Below, one piece after another: positions 48,624-58,250 of a stretch of DNA of 58,250 bases. How positions within the stretch are numbered: position 1 is the first letter of the stretch; every line of letters begins with the position of its first letter. The notes below the pieces were generated by a model. It saw nothing but the letters and a program-made list of their open reading frames with translations, had not been told where the DNA came from and did not search any database. The translations under genes were made by a program, and so were the position numbers. The stretch is from Verrucomicrobiales bacterium. Its GTDB lineage: Bacteria; Verrucomicrobiota; Verrucomicrobiia; Limisphaerales; UBA9464. The stretch covers positions 1 to 58,250 of the forward strand of contig JAIXXC010000228.1 of the NCBI GenBank assembly GCA_027490985.1, read 5' to 3'.

Positions 48624-49549
48624 TGCCCGTCCCGGTCCTGAACTCTCCCCGTCCCCTGGGCCACTCCGGGGTCTGCCTCGCCTTGGGGATGTTCGACGGG
48701 GTCCATCTCGGCCACCAGCATGTCATCCGGCAGGCCCGGATCGACGCGCGGGCGCGGGGCGACTCCACGGTCGTGGCCACCTTCGATCCGCACCCGTTGA
48801 CCGTGGTCCGGCCCGACAAGGCCCCCCGACTCCTGCAGTCGCTGCCCCAGCGCATCGCCACGCTGGAATCCCAGGGAGCCGACGCCGTGCTGGTGCTCCG
48901 CTTCGATGAGGCCCTGAGCCGGAAGAGCGGCGAGGCTTTCGTTCGCGATCTGGTCGCCGGCTTCGGTGGCCTGCGGAGCTTCACCGTGGGTCAGGGATTC
49001 CACTTCGGTCATGGCCGCAGTGGCAATGTCCCGCTCCTGAGAACCCTGGGCCGCGAACTGGGATTCTCGGTGAATGCCGTGGCGCCGATCCACATCGGGC
49101 CCGAGGTCGTGAGCAGCACCCGGGTCCGCTCCGCCTTGCGCGACGGCAAGCTCGGCCTTGTGGCCGAACTCCTCGGTCGGCCCTACAGCCTCGCCGGGAC
49201 GGTCGTCGAAGGCGACCGACTGGGACGATCTTTGGGATTCCCGACGGCCAACATCCCGGTCGAAGGGCTCGAATTGCCGCCCTTCGGCGTCTACGCCGCC
49301 CGGGCACGCCATGCCGGTGGCGAGTTTCCGGCGGCGGTCAATCTGGGTCTGCGCCCCACACTGCAGTCACCCCAACCGCAGCTACGGTTCGAGACCCATC
49401 TCATCGGATTCGAAGGCGATCTCTATGGCCACGACCTGACGGTGGAACTGGTGGGCTTCCTGCGTCCGGAGCGTCGATTCGCCCACCTCGACGCGCTGAA
49501 AACCCAGATCACCAAGGACATCGCGGCCGCACTGAAGGCCTTGAGCTGA
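48623..49549 (+). CDS. ribF: bifunctional riboflavin kinase/FAD synthetase
   Basis: GMFDGVHLGHQ, TFDPHP, FHFG, VSSTRVR, GRSLGFPTAN, ETHL, LRPERRF. Confidence 0.96.
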   Translation: MPVPVLNSPRPLGHSGVCLALGMFDGVHLGHQHVIRQARIDARARGDSTVVATFDPHPLTVVRPDKAPRLLQSLPQRIATLESQGADAVLVLRFDEALSRKSGEAFVRDLVAGFGGLRSFTVGQGFHFGHGRSGNVPLLRTLGRELGFSVNAVAPIHIGPEVVSSTRVRSALRDGKLGLVAELLGRPYSLAGTVVEGDRLGRSLGFPTANIPVEGLELPPFGVYAARARHAGGEFPAAVNLGLRPTLQSPQPQLRFETHLIGFEGDLYGHDLTVELVGFLRPERRFAHLDALKTQITKDIAAALKALS

Positions 49550-49662
49550 GTCGCCATCGAGTGATCACGAGGCCCCGATTCGGGACCGGCCTTCCTGAGG
49601 GTGCCCTTCAGGGATCTTTCCGGGATTGCTTCATGCCGCGACCCCGGTTCAGCGTCTGCCCC

Positions 49663-50370
49663 ATGAACTCCCGTTCGCTGGCGACTCTGTTGTTGTGCCT
49701 GTCCCTGGGTTCGGCGGCCCAGGGCGCCGATGTGGCCAAGTCCACCGCCTCGACCGGCCCGTGGATCGATCTCTTCGACGGCAAGTCCACCGCCGGTTGG
49801 CGCGGATTCGGCAAGCCCGCCTTCCCGGAACAGGGATGGATCGTGAAGGACGGCTGGCTCACCCATGTCGCCAAGGGAGGCGGCGGAGACATCATCACCG
49901 ATCGGCTCTTCACCGACTTCGAACTGCGGTTCGAATGGAAGATCTCCAACGGCGGGAACAGCGGCGTGAAGTACTTCATCGATGAGGCGCGCAAGGCGGC
50001 GATCGGCCATGAGTATCAGGTCATCGATGACGCCGCCCATCCCGATGCGAAGATCGGCCCCAAGCGACAGACGGCCGCGCTCTACGACGCGATTCCGGCC
50101 CGGTCGCCCCGCGTGAAGCCCGCCGGAGAGGTCAATGAATCGGCGATCATCGTCCGCGGAGATTCCGTGGAACACTGGCTCAATGGCGACTGCGTGCTGA
50201 AATACCAGATCGGCTCCCCGGAACTGGCCACCGCCAAGGCCGCCAGCAAGTTCAAGAACGAGGCCAAGTGGGGCACCCGCTTCCCGACCCCCATCCTGCT
50301 CCAAGATCACAGCGACGCGGTGGAGTTCCGGGACATCCGCATCCGTGAACTGAAACCTGCGAACCGATAG
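49663..50370 (+). CDS. DUF1080 (3-keto-disaccharide hydrolase-like) exported protein
   Basis: WIDLFDGKSTAGW, DFELRFEWK, GNSGVKY, EYQVIDD, VEHWLNG, LLQDH, FRDIRIREL. Confidence 0.9.
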   Translation: MNSRSLATLLLCLSLGSAAQGADVAKSTASTGPWIDLFDGKSTAGWRGFGKPAFPEQGWIVKDGWLTHVAKGGGGDIITDRLFTDFELRFEWKISNGGNSGVKYFIDEARKAAIGHEYQVIDDAAHPDAKIGPKRQTAALYDAIPARSPRVKPAGEVNESAIIVRGDSVEHWLNGDCVLKYQIGSPELATAKAASKFKNEAKWGTRFPTPILLQDHSDAVEFRDIRIRELKPANR

Positions 50371-50452
50371 ATACCGCCCACCGGATCGATTTCCTGGCCG
50401 GACCGTTCGATCACTGGCCGGATTGGGCAACCTGCAATAACCTTTCTTCCCG

Positions 50453-52156
50453 ATGATCCGTCTCTGGAGAGTTCTCGCCCCGCTGGCCCTTTGCCTGTGC
50501 CTGGGCACCGTCCGACTCCGCGCCGATGGCGCGGACGACGCCTTCATCCGCATCTACAACCTGATCCAGCAGGCCGACGCCCATCGGGAGACCGGCCAAT
50601 GGTCGGCGGCCCGAGCCGCCTATACCGAGGCCCGATCGGGGCTGGAGGCACTGCGCCGCAACTACCCGGCCTGGAACGAGCGGGTGGTGGCCTATCGGAT
50701 CCGCTATGTCGGCGAACGCCTCGAGGCGCTGAAGGCCCGGCCCGAAGCGTCGGAAGCACCGACGGCGGCCACGACGAATGCCGCACCCCGTGCCACCCAG
50801 GGCACCCCCGCGGCGACCCTGGCCCCGAACGGAGAGGTGGTGGCCCAGTTCGAGCAGTTGAACCTGCAGATCCAACGCCTTGCGGCCGACAAGCAACTGC
50901 TCGAGGCGAAGCTGCGCGAGGCCCTGACCGCGCAACCGGCCCCGGTCGATCCGAGGGAATTCCAGGCGGCCATCGAGCGGATCACCGCCCTCCAGACCAC
51001 CAACAAGGTGTTGCTGTCCTCCCTTGAACAGCAGGAGGCCGAGCGTCGCAACCTGGTGGACAAGGTGGTCGCCGACGAGGCCCGGGCCGCCCTCAACGAG
51101 GCCAACAAGAGCCTTCTGGAGCAGAAGATCGCCGCCGGACGCATCGAACAGCAGCGCCAGGAGATCGAAACCCGGCTCAAGGAACTCCAGGCCGGACCGC
51201 TCCAGACCCTCCAGAAGGAGAACAGCACGCTCAAGCAGCAGGTCACCGAACTGAAGTCCGACACCGAACGGGGCAAGCAGGTGGCCGAATTGTCCGCCCG
51301 ACTGAGCCAACTCCAGCTCGATCTCGACGAGACCCGGAAACGCAATGCCAGCCTGGCGTCCGAGAAGGCGGGCCTGGAGAAACAACTGGGCGAGCTGCAA
51401 GCCCGGTCGTCCGAGGAAAGTCTGGCCAAGATCCGGCAACTGGAGAGTTCCCTGGCCCTGGCCAAGGCCAACGCCGAGCGGAGCGTCGCCAATGCCGAAC
51501 TCATCGCCGGCACTCTGGCCAAGGAGAAGCAGGCCCGTACCGACCTCGAACTGGCCAATCAATCCCTCAAGTCCAAGGTCGGCGAACTCACCCGGGGCGC
51601 CGACCAGCGGGCCGCGGCGGTGAAGACCCTCGAGACGGCTCTGGCCGCCGAGAAGGCCGAGCGCGAGGCGATCCGGGCCGAACTGGCCGCCACCGAGCGT
51701 AAACTGGCTGCGGCGACCAGCGCGTCCACCAACGCCGCGACGGTCGAGGCCAGCGTCCGATCCACCGAGGTGAGTTCCTTGCGCACCGAGGTCTGGAAGC
51801 TCCGTTCGGCCCTCAAGGAAGGCGCGACCCGGGAAGCCGAGCTCAAGTCGGCCCTGTCGTCGGAACGCGAATTCCGGGAACGACTGACCCGCGAAAAGGC
51901 CGCGATCGAACAACGTCTGGCAACCGCCCTGAAGGCGGCCCCGGTCCCGGAGGCCGCGGCCACCCCCAAAGACACCGTCAAGGCCCTGGCCAAGATGGAG
52001 ACTCGGGTCCGGAAACTGGAGGAGGAGCGCGACGCGCTGCAGCGACGGCTCCAGAAACTCAGCCAGACCACGCAGACCCGGTTGGCCACCGGGGGCGTTT
52101 GGCGTGCGGTCACGGCGCGGGAGCAGGTCGAGGAGTTCCACCGCCGTCGCCGCTGA
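50453..52156 (+). CDS. exported long coiled-coil protein of unknown function
   Basis: signal peptide, short helical N-domain (IYNLIQQAD..YPAWNERVVAYRI), then about 400 aa of E/K/Q/L/A heptads. Confidence 0.75.
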   Translation: MIRLWRVLAPLALCLCLGTVRLRADGADDAFIRIYNLIQQADAHRETGQWSAARAAYTEARSGLEALRRNYPAWNERVVAYRIRYVGERLEALKARPEASEAPTAATTNAAPRATQGTPAATLAPNGEVVAQFEQLNLQIQRLAADKQLLEAKLREALTAQPAPVDPREFQAAIERITALQTTNKVLLSSLEQQEAERRNLVDKVVADEARAALNEANKSLLEQKIAAGRIEQQRQEIETRLKELQAGPLQTLQKENSTLKQQVTELKSDTERGKQVAELSARLSQLQLDLDETRKRNASLASEKAGLEKQLGELQARSSEESLAKIRQLESSLALAKANAERSVANAELIAGTLAKEKQARTDLELANQSLKSKVGELTRGADQRAAAVKTLETALAAEKAEREAIRAELAATERKLAAATSASTNAATVEASVRSTEVSSLRTEVWKLRSALKEGATREAELKSALSSEREFRERLTREKAAIEQRLATALKAAPVPEAAATPKDTVKALAKMETRVRKLEEERDALQRRLQKLSQTTQTRLATGGVWRAVTAREQVEEFHRRRR

Positions 52157-52180
52157 ACCCCTCGCCCACCCAAGAGTTTC

Positions 52181-52909
52181 ATGGCCAGCAAGTTCTTTGT
52201 TCCCGGTCCGGAACGCGCCCCCAAGGTCGAAGACCTCTTCGCGACGATCGCGCCCCGGTACGATGTCATCAACGACCTCCAGAGTTTCGGCATGCACCGC
52301 CTCTGGAAGGGGCGGATGGTCGAAGCGGCCCGACTCCGGCCGGGCGAACAGGCCTTGGACGTGTGCTGTGGCACCGGCGATGTGACCTTCCGACTGGCCC
52401 GCACCGGGGCCGACACCGTCGGGTTCGACTTCAGCCATGCCATGCTCGCGGTGGCGGCCCAGCGGGCGGCCCAGATCCCGCTTCCCTCCGGTTCGGGTAC
52501 GGTGCGTTTCCAACAGGGAGACGCCCTCGACCTGCCCTTCGTCGACCGCTCGTTCGACGTGGTGACCATCAGCTACGGCCTGCGCAACCTGGCCGACTTC
52601 CACCGCGGACTCCGGGAATTGACGCGGGTGCTCCGGCCCGGAGGCCGGCTGCTCGTCCTCGACTTCGGCAAGCCGGACTTCCTGCCATGGCGGTGGGTCT
52701 ACTTCCAATACCTCGAACGCATCTGCCCCCTGTTCGGCAAGGTGTTCTGCGGTGACGGCGACACCCACGGGTACATCCTCGACTCCCTGAAGGCCTACCC
52801 GGCGCAACACGGGGTGGATTCGGCCCTGCGGGAACTCGGTTATGTCGAGACCCGCATCCAGACCCTGCTCGGCGGCACCATGACCCTGAACACCGCCCGT
52901 CGCCGCTGA
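52181..52909 (+). CDS. ubiE: ubiquinone/menaquinone biosynthesis C-methyltransferase (UbiE/MenG)
   Basis: FATIAPRYDVINDLQSFGMHRLWK, LDVCCGTGD, GDALDLPF, YGLRN, RVLRPGG. Confidence 0.9.
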   Translation: MASKFFVPGPERAPKVEDLFATIAPRYDVINDLQSFGMHRLWKGRMVEAARLRPGEQALDVCCGTGDVTFRLARTGADTVGFDFSHAMLAVAAQRAAQIPLPSGSGTVRFQQGDALDLPFVDRSFDVVTISYGLRNLADFHRGLRELTRVLRPGGRLLVLDFGKPDFLPWRWVYFQYLERICPLFGKVFCGDGDTHGYILDSLKAYPAQHGVDSALRELGYVETRIQTLLGGTMTLNTARRR

Positions 52910-52985
52910 CCCGCCCCGCCCTCCCGTTGCGGCCGAAATCCCGTCTGGCGATCCGGTCGAAGGTCCCTAAACTGGCACCCGTACG

Positions 52986-53414
52986 ATGAAGATCCTCTTC
53001 CTCAACGGACCGAACCTGAACCTGCTCGGCACGCGCCAGCCGGAGATCTACGGGCGGGACACCTTGGCCAGCATCGAAGCCTCCGTTCAGGAACGGGCCC
53101 GAACCCTGGGCGTCAGCGTGGAGTTCCGGCAGACCAACGACGAGGGGCAGCTGGTCACCTGGATCCAGCAGGCCAAGGGATCGGTTCGGGCCATCGCGCT
53201 CAATGCGGCCGCCTACACCCACACCAGCGTCGCCATTCGCGATGCGATCGCGGCGGTCGAGTTGCCGGTCATCGAGGTGCACCTGTCCAACATCCACGCC
53301 CGCGAAACCTTCCGACACCACTCCATGATCGCCCCGGTCTGTCGCGGGCAGGTCAGCGGATTCGGAGCTTTCTCCTACATTCTGGCTCTCGAAGCCGCCG
53401 TTAACATTAACTAA
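52986..53414 (+). CDS. aroQ: type II 3-dehydroquinate dehydratase
   Basis: [49 protein letters not shown]. Confidence 0.97.
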   Translation: MKILFLNGPNLNLLGTRQPEIYGRDTLASIEASVQERARTLGVSVEFRQTNDEGQLVTWIQQAKGSVRAIALNAAAYTHTSVAIRDAIAAVELPVIEVHLSNIHARETFRHHSMIAPVCRGQVSGFGAFSYILALEAAVNIN

Positions 53415-53471
53415 TTTACGTAAACCTCGTTTTTGACTCGAGTTGACGCAAAAACCAATCAGAACTGACGC

Positions 53472-53501
53472 TTGACCTTGGGAGGCCAATCTCCCTAGGT
53501 T
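53472..53501 (+). promoter_or_regulatory. putative accBC promoter overlapped by an inverted repeat
   Basis: TTGACC-N18-TAGGTT; ACCTTGGGAG-gccaat-CTCCCTAGGT (9/10 paired) spans the spacer. Confidence 0.4.
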
Positions 53502-53629
53502 CGGGCCGCTTCGACACGAAACTGTCACCTGAAGAAACTGCTTCAGCACCGTTTCGAGCGCTGGCGACACGATCATCTCGAGGACTCCCGCTCATCCCCT
53601 TGGAGCGGACCTCAACCGAAAAAAGCACT

Positions 53630-54106
53630 GTGGACCTGAAAGAAATCAAATCGATCATCGACCTGATGAAGAAGAACTCCCTGTCGGAGTTCGAACTCGA
53701 GGAGAAAGACTTCAAGATCAAGCTCAAGCGGCCCATCGGCGGGTCCGGCCCCATGCTCGGAGGCCCGGTGGATGACCCCGAACTGACCGCCTATTCGGCG
53801 CTGGCCCGGCAATCGGCCGCCGCGGTGCCGTCCAGCCCGGCTCCCGCGGCCGTGCCTTCCGGACCGGAATCGGAGATCCGCAGCCCGATGATCGGCACCT
53901 TCTACCTCACGCCCTCGCCCGACGCGGCTCCCTACGTCGAAGTGGGCAGCGAAGTGGGCCCCGACACCGTGGTGTGCATCCTCGAGGCCATGAAGGTCAT
54001 GAACGAGATCAAGGCCGAGGCCCGGGGCATCATCACCGCCGTGGTTGCCGAGAACGGCAAACCGGTTGAGTTTGGGCAGGTTCTGTTCAAGATCCGCCCG
54101 CTCTGA
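53630..54106 (+). CDS. accB: acetyl-CoA carboxylase biotin carboxyl carrier protein
   Basis: [20 protein letters not shown], biotinylation motif EAMKVMNEI; GTG start at 53630. Confidence 0.96.
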   Translation: MDLKEIKSIIDLMKKNSLSEFELEEKDFKIKLKRPIGGSGPMLGGPVDDPELTAYSALARQSAAAVPSSPAPAAVPSGPESEIRSPMIGTFYLTPSPDAAPYVEVGSEVGPDTVVCILEAMKVMNEIKAEARGIITAVVAENGKPVEFGQVLFKIRPL

Positions 54107-54203
54107 GTCCGGGAGGGCGCTCTCCGCCCTCCAGTCGCGCAGTCCCCATTTCCGGATCGGCCGATGCCATTGTGCTTGGAGCCGGAACGTTCCCGTACCT
54201 GTC

Positions 54204-55589
54204 ATGTTTGAAAAGATCCTGATCGCCAACCGCGGTGAAATCGCCATGCGCATCATCCGCGCCTGCCGCGAGATGAACATCAAGACGGTGGCCGTGTACT
54301 CCAAGGCGGATGCCAACTCGATGCACGTCCAGGTCGCCGACGAGGCGATCTGCATCGGAGACGGCCCTTCCACCGACAGTTACCTGCGGATCGACCGCCT
54401 CATCTCGGCCGCCGAGATCACCGACGTCGACGCCATCCATCCGGGTTACGGATTTCTCAGCGAAAACGCCCACTTCGCCGACGTCTGCGAGAGCTGCAAC
54501 ATCCGCTTCATCGGGCCCCGTTCGGCCGCCATGAACGCGTTGCACGACAAGTCCAGCAGCCGCGATCTGGCCAAGCGGGCCAAGGTGCCCACGCCCCCGG
54601 GTTCCGACGGATTGGTCGAGACCGAGCAGGAGGCCCTCACGGTGGCCAAGCGCATCGGTTATCCGGTGATGATCAAGGCCATCGCCGGCGGCGGTGGCCG
54701 CGGCATGCGGGCCGCCCACAACGACATCTCGCTGGTCAAGGGCTACCACACCGCACGCACCGAGGCCGAGAAGGCCTTCGGCAATTCGGGCGTGTACATC
54801 GAGAAGTTCATCGAGAACCCGCACCACATCGAGTTCCAGATCCTCGGCGACACCCGCGGCAACATCATCCATCTGGGCGAGCGCGACTGCTCCATCCAGC
54901 GCCGCAACCAGAAGGTCATCGAAGAGACCCCCTCGCCGCTGCTGGATCGCAAAGACCTCAAGGATCTCCGCAAGAAGATGGGCAAGGCGGCCCTGGCCAT
55001 CGCCGAGATGGCCGGCTATTCGAATGCCGGCACCGTGGAATTCATCGCCGACGACACAGGCAATTTCTACTTCCTCGAGGTCAACAAGCGCATCCAGGTC
55101 GAACACCCCATCACCGAAGAGGTCACGGGTGTCGATCTGGTCAAACAGCAGATCCTCATCGCGGCCGGTGAAAAGCTGACCATCAGCCAGAGTGACGTGA
55201 CCCTCAAAGGCCACGCCATCGAATGCCGGATCAACGCCGAGGATCCCTTCAACGATTTCCGCCCGAGCCCGGGCCGCATCGAGATGTATTACCCCCCGGG
55301 AGGCCCGGGCATCCGTCTCGATTCGCACGCCTACGCGGGCTACACCATCCCGCCCTACTACGACTCGATGATCGGCAAGCTCATCGCCGTGGGCAAGGAC
55401 CGTACCGACGCCCTCAACAAGATGGCCCGTGCGCTGAGCGAGTTCATGGTGACCGGCGTCAAGACCACCATTCCGTTCGAGCTGGCCATCCTGCAGGATC
55501 CCGACTTCCGTCGGGGTCACTACACGACCAACTTCGTGGAGCGGTTCTTGGGCGGGGCCCGCCGCGAACTGATCCAGGACAAGGCCTGA
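54204..55589 (+). CDS. accC: acetyl-CoA carboxylase biotin carboxylase subunit
   Basis: [65 protein letters not shown]. Confidence 0.97.
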   Translation: MFEKILIANRGEIAMRIIRACREMNIKTVAVYSKADANSMHVQVADEAICIGDGPSTDSYLRIDRLISAAEITDVDAIHPGYGFLSENAHFADVCESCNIRFIGPRSAAMNALHDKSSSRDLAKRAKVPTPPGSDGLVETEQEALTVAKRIGYPVMIKAIAGGGGRGMRAAHNDISLVKGYHTARTEAEKAFGNSGVYIEKFIENPHHIEFQILGDTRGNIIHLGERDCSIQRRNQKVIEETPSPLLDRKDLKDLRKKMGKAALAIAEMAGYSNAGTVEFIADDTGNFYFLEVNKRIQVEHPITEEVTGVDLVKQQILIAAGEKLTISQSDVTLKGHAIECRINAEDPFNDFRPSPGRIEMYYPPGGPGIRLDSHAYAGYTIPPYYDSMIGKLIAVGKDRTDALNKMARALSEFMVTGVKTTIPFELAILQDPDFRRGHYTTNFVERFLGGARRELIQDKA

Positions 55590-55696
55590 GCCTCCGGTCC
55601 GGGTTTCATCGACGGACGGAAAATGGACGGGCGAAAATTCGCCCGCCACCTCAATCACTGCTTGGTCTTGCGGAGGCGGTTGGCTAAACCACGGGG

Positions 55697-57214
55697 GTGT
55701 CTTCCGCCCACCCTTCGACCGCAACGCCCCACGGATCGGCAGACCGATTCCCGCCGCAGATCAAGTACATCATCAGCAACGAGGCCTGCGAGCGGTTCAG
55801 TTTCTACGGGATGCGCAGCATCCTGACCCTGTACATCGCCAAGCATCTGGGTCAGGGATCGTCGAAAGCCTCGGAGATCGTCCACCTCTTCGTCTTCGGC
55901 GTGTACTTCATGCCCCTCTTCGGAGCCTGGCTGTCGGACCGGGTCCTGGGACGCTACAAGACCATCCTCTTCATCTCCCTCTTCTACTGCCTCGGACACG
56001 GGGTGCTGGCCCTGGCCGATCTGGTCCAGACCCAGGAGAGCAAACTCTGGCTTCTCTACGCCGGACTGGCGCTGATCTCCTTCGGCGGCGGCGGCATCAA
56101 ACCCTGCGTCTCGGCCTTCGTCGGCGACCAGTTCCATGCCGGCCAGGGACACCTGCTCCAACGGGCCTACGGGCTGTTCTACTGGAGCATCAACTTCGGC
56201 TCCTTCTTCTCGTTCCTGGTGATCCCGCGGGTGGCCAAGGACTACGGCTACGGATGGGCGTTCGGTGTCCCGGGCATCTTCATGGGCTTGGCCACACTCT
56301 TGTTCTGGTTGGGCCGCAAACACTACCAGCACGTGCCCCCGGCGGGCCCCCAAGGCGGCAGCTTCTGGGAGATGCTCTGGTATGCCCTGACCCATCCGGC
56401 CGCACGGAGGCAGGGAGCCGGTTTCTGGAGCGCCTGCGAGCACCGCTTCTCGTTTGAACAGGTCCATGCCGCCAAAGCCGCGACCAAGGTGGCGATGGTG
56501 TTCGCACTGATCCCCTTCTTCTGGGCGCTTTGGGACCAGAACAGCACCACCTGGGTGCTCCAGGGCGACAAGATGACGCCCTATCTGTTCAGCGAGGGCA
56601 CCTTGAACTTCCCGATCGTGGGCGCGGTGCTGCGGTTCATCATCGGCGACCGCATCGGCGCCGAGCAGATGCAGTCGATGAACGCCCTGCTGGTGATGAT
56701 CATGGTCCCGATCTTCACCTACATCCTGTTCCCGGTGACCGAGAAGTCGGGCCTCCGCGTGACGACCTTGCGGCGCATGGGGGCGGGCCTGTTCCTCACG
56801 GCCATCTCGTTCCTGATGGTGTCGGTGATCGATCAACGGGTGGCCGGTGGCGAGAAGCTCAGCGTGCTGTGGCAGACGCTGCCGTACATCGTGCTGACCG
56901 CGGGCGAAGTGCTCGTCTCCAACACCGGTCTCGAGTTCGCCTTCCGGGAGGCCCCCGCCTCCATGCGCAGCACGATGATGAGCTTCTGGCTGCTGACCAC
57001 CGCCCTGGGCAACCTGGCCATCGCCAAGGTCTTCGGCCTGAACGTCAAGGAACGCCTGGCCGACGGCACCGAGGTGCTGCATGTCTCCGGTCCGGCCTTC
57101 TTCAACCTGTGCGCCGCGATGCTGTGTGTGGTGGCCGTGGGCTTCGTGTTCGTGGCCTTGCGCTACCAATACCGGGATTCGGCCAAACCCGGTTCGGCCC
57201 CGGCGTCGCGTTGA
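55697..57214 (+). CDS. POT/PTR2 proton-dependent oligopeptide transporter
   Basis: EACERFSFYGMR (ExxERF), GGGIKPCVSAFVGDQF, FYWSINFGS, GLEFAFREAP. Confidence 0.93.
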   Translation: MSSAHPSTATPHGSADRFPPQIKYIISNEACERFSFYGMRSILTLYIAKHLGQGSSKASEIVHLFVFGVYFMPLFGAWLSDRVLGRYKTILFISLFYCLGHGVLALADLVQTQESKLWLLYAGLALISFGGGGIKPCVSAFVGDQFHAGQGHLLQRAYGLFYWSINFGSFFSFLVIPRVAKDYGYGWAFGVPGIFMGLATLLFWLGRKHYQHVPPAGPQGGSFWEMLWYALTHPAARRQGAGFWSACEHRFSFEQVHAAKAATKVAMVFALIPFFWALWDQNSTTWVLQGDKMTPYLFSEGTLNFPIVGAVLRFIIGDRIGAEQMQSMNALLVMIMVPIFTYILFPVTEKSGLRVTTLRRMGAGLFLTAISFLMVSVIDQRVAGGEKLSVLWQTLPYIVLTAGEVLVSNTGLEFAFREAPASMRSTMMSFWLLTTALGNLAIAKVFGLNVKERLADGTEVLHVSGPAFFNLCAAMLCVVAVGFVFVALRYQYRDSAKPGSAPASR

Positions 57215-57289
57215 ACCCGCCGCATTGAATTGGACACCGATCCGATCCATCGTTACCCGACGACAACGGAACCCCCTCGAACCACTGCC

Positions 57290-57979
57290 ATGTATTACAT
57301 CCAAGGCGCCGACCAGAAGGAATACGGACCGGTTTCAGCAGACCAACTCCGCCAATGGATCTCCGAGAACCGGCTCAATCGGTTTTCGCCCGCCCGGGCC
57401 GAGGGCGACTCGCTGTGGAAGACCCTGGGTGATTTCCCGGAGTTCGCCGAGGCGCTGGGGGTCTCGACCCCGCCTCAGCAGACGTCACCGGCCTTCAGTC
57501 CCGGCGTTTCGCCCCAACCCGATCCGGTGTATGGCTCCGGTTTCCGGTCGTCCACGCCCGGCATTTCCGAGTCGATCGTGGACAGCAAGCTCAAGGCGCC
57601 CGCCATCGGCATTCTCGTCACCGGGGTCCTCGGGACCGGCATCTCCCTGTATGGGGTCCTCGCCGGGTTGGCCGGGTCCGGAAACAAGACCGAGATCCCT
57701 CCGGGCATGCCCCCGGAAGCGGAACGGTTCCTAAAGACCTACGTCAGCACCCTGGAAGCCTTCAGTGTGCCCCTCAACCTGCTGGCCCTGATCCTTGGGG
57801 TGCTCACGCTCTTGGCCGGAATCAAGATGCTCCAGCGGCGTTCCTACGGTCTGGTGATGACCGGCGTCATCCTCGGAATGCTCCCGTGCTTGAGCCCTTG
57901 CTGCTGCACGGGGCTACCGTTCGGCATCTGGGCCCTGGTGGTGCTCAGCAATCCGGAAGTGCGGGATTCCTTCCGCTGA
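57290..57979 (+). CDS. GYF_2 (DUF4339) domain membrane protein
   Basis: YYIQGADQKEYGPVSADQLRQWI..W..L..FPE; Pro-rich linker; TM helices with CCC and GLPFGIWALVVL. Confidence 0.8.
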   Translation: MYYIQGADQKEYGPVSADQLRQWISENRLNRFSPARAEGDSLWKTLGDFPEFAEALGVSTPPQQTSPAFSPGVSPQPDPVYGSGFRSSTPGISESIVDSKLKAPAIGILVTGVLGTGISLYGVLAGLAGSGNKTEIPPGMPPEAERFLKTYVSTLEAFSVPLNLLALILGVLTLLAGIKMLQRRSYGLVMTGVILGMLPCLSPCCCTGLPFGIWALVVLSNPEVRDSFR

Positions 57980-58058
57980 GCCGGTCTTCGGACGCGGAGC
58001 CCCACCGGTGGACCTCCCTCGGTTGACCTCCGTTGACCTCCGGATCCTCCCTACCCCG

Positions 58059-58250
58059 ATGACAACTCCCCCTGTGCTGCCCCCGGAGTCGACGCCGAAC
58101 CGGGCAAGCGACTCCAGCGCGGGGTCGGTCACAACCCACCCGCTTCAGGTCGCCGCGGCGGCCGGTGCGGTGGGCGGGGCTGTGATCGTGGCCGCGGCGT
58201 TGCTCTGGTTGCTCTGGCGCTTCGAACCTCAGGGTCAGGTCTTTTTCCCG
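58059..58250 (+). CDS. partial membrane protein, probably DUF2752 family (runs off the window end)
   Basis: open from ATG 58059 to the end: ...VAAALLWLLWRFEPQGQVFFP, which resembles the segment before the DUF2752 Cys motif; the motif itself lies outside the window. Confidence 0.5.
   Translation, partial: MTTPPVLPPESTPNRASDSSAGSVTTHPLQVAAAAGAVGGAVIVAAALLWLLWRFEPQGQVFFP

Overview
High-GC bacterial chromosomal window, most likely from a Verrucomicrobiota (Pedosphaerales/Limisphaerales-like) genome. That assignment is an inference from the prepilin/H-X9-DG protein, the FG-GAP/ASPIC-UnbV protein, the DUF1080 and GYF_2 proteins, and a str/S10 cluster without tuf. About 56 genes tile the window. 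Housekeeping genes include thrS, a UvrD/Rep helicase, LPS genes (lipid A acyltransferase, waaF, kdsC-lptCAB-hprK, hldA-gmhB), aroC, rpsL-rpsG-fusA-rpsJ-rplC-rplD-rplW, rarA, hslR, miaB, ribF, ubiE/menG and aroQ-accB-accC. Accessory exported enzymes and transporters are interspersed. No rRNA, tRNA, CRISPR array or intact mobile element was recognised. The most interesting signals are: (1) a co-oriented block of OFA-type carboxylate MFS transporter, an unannotated 55-aa partner, an exported PQQ/GSDH-type beta-propeller and a sulfocyanin-like cupredoxin whose axial Met is replaced by His; (2) the S10 operon ends at a terminator-like hairpin right after rplW, with rplB absent; (3) a decayed RHH-antitoxin/VapC module; (4) a ~55-aa helical insertion in ThrRS; (5) an alternating-orientation REP-like repeat upstream of the MFS gene. 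All family assignments come from motif recognition by eye; no database search was run.
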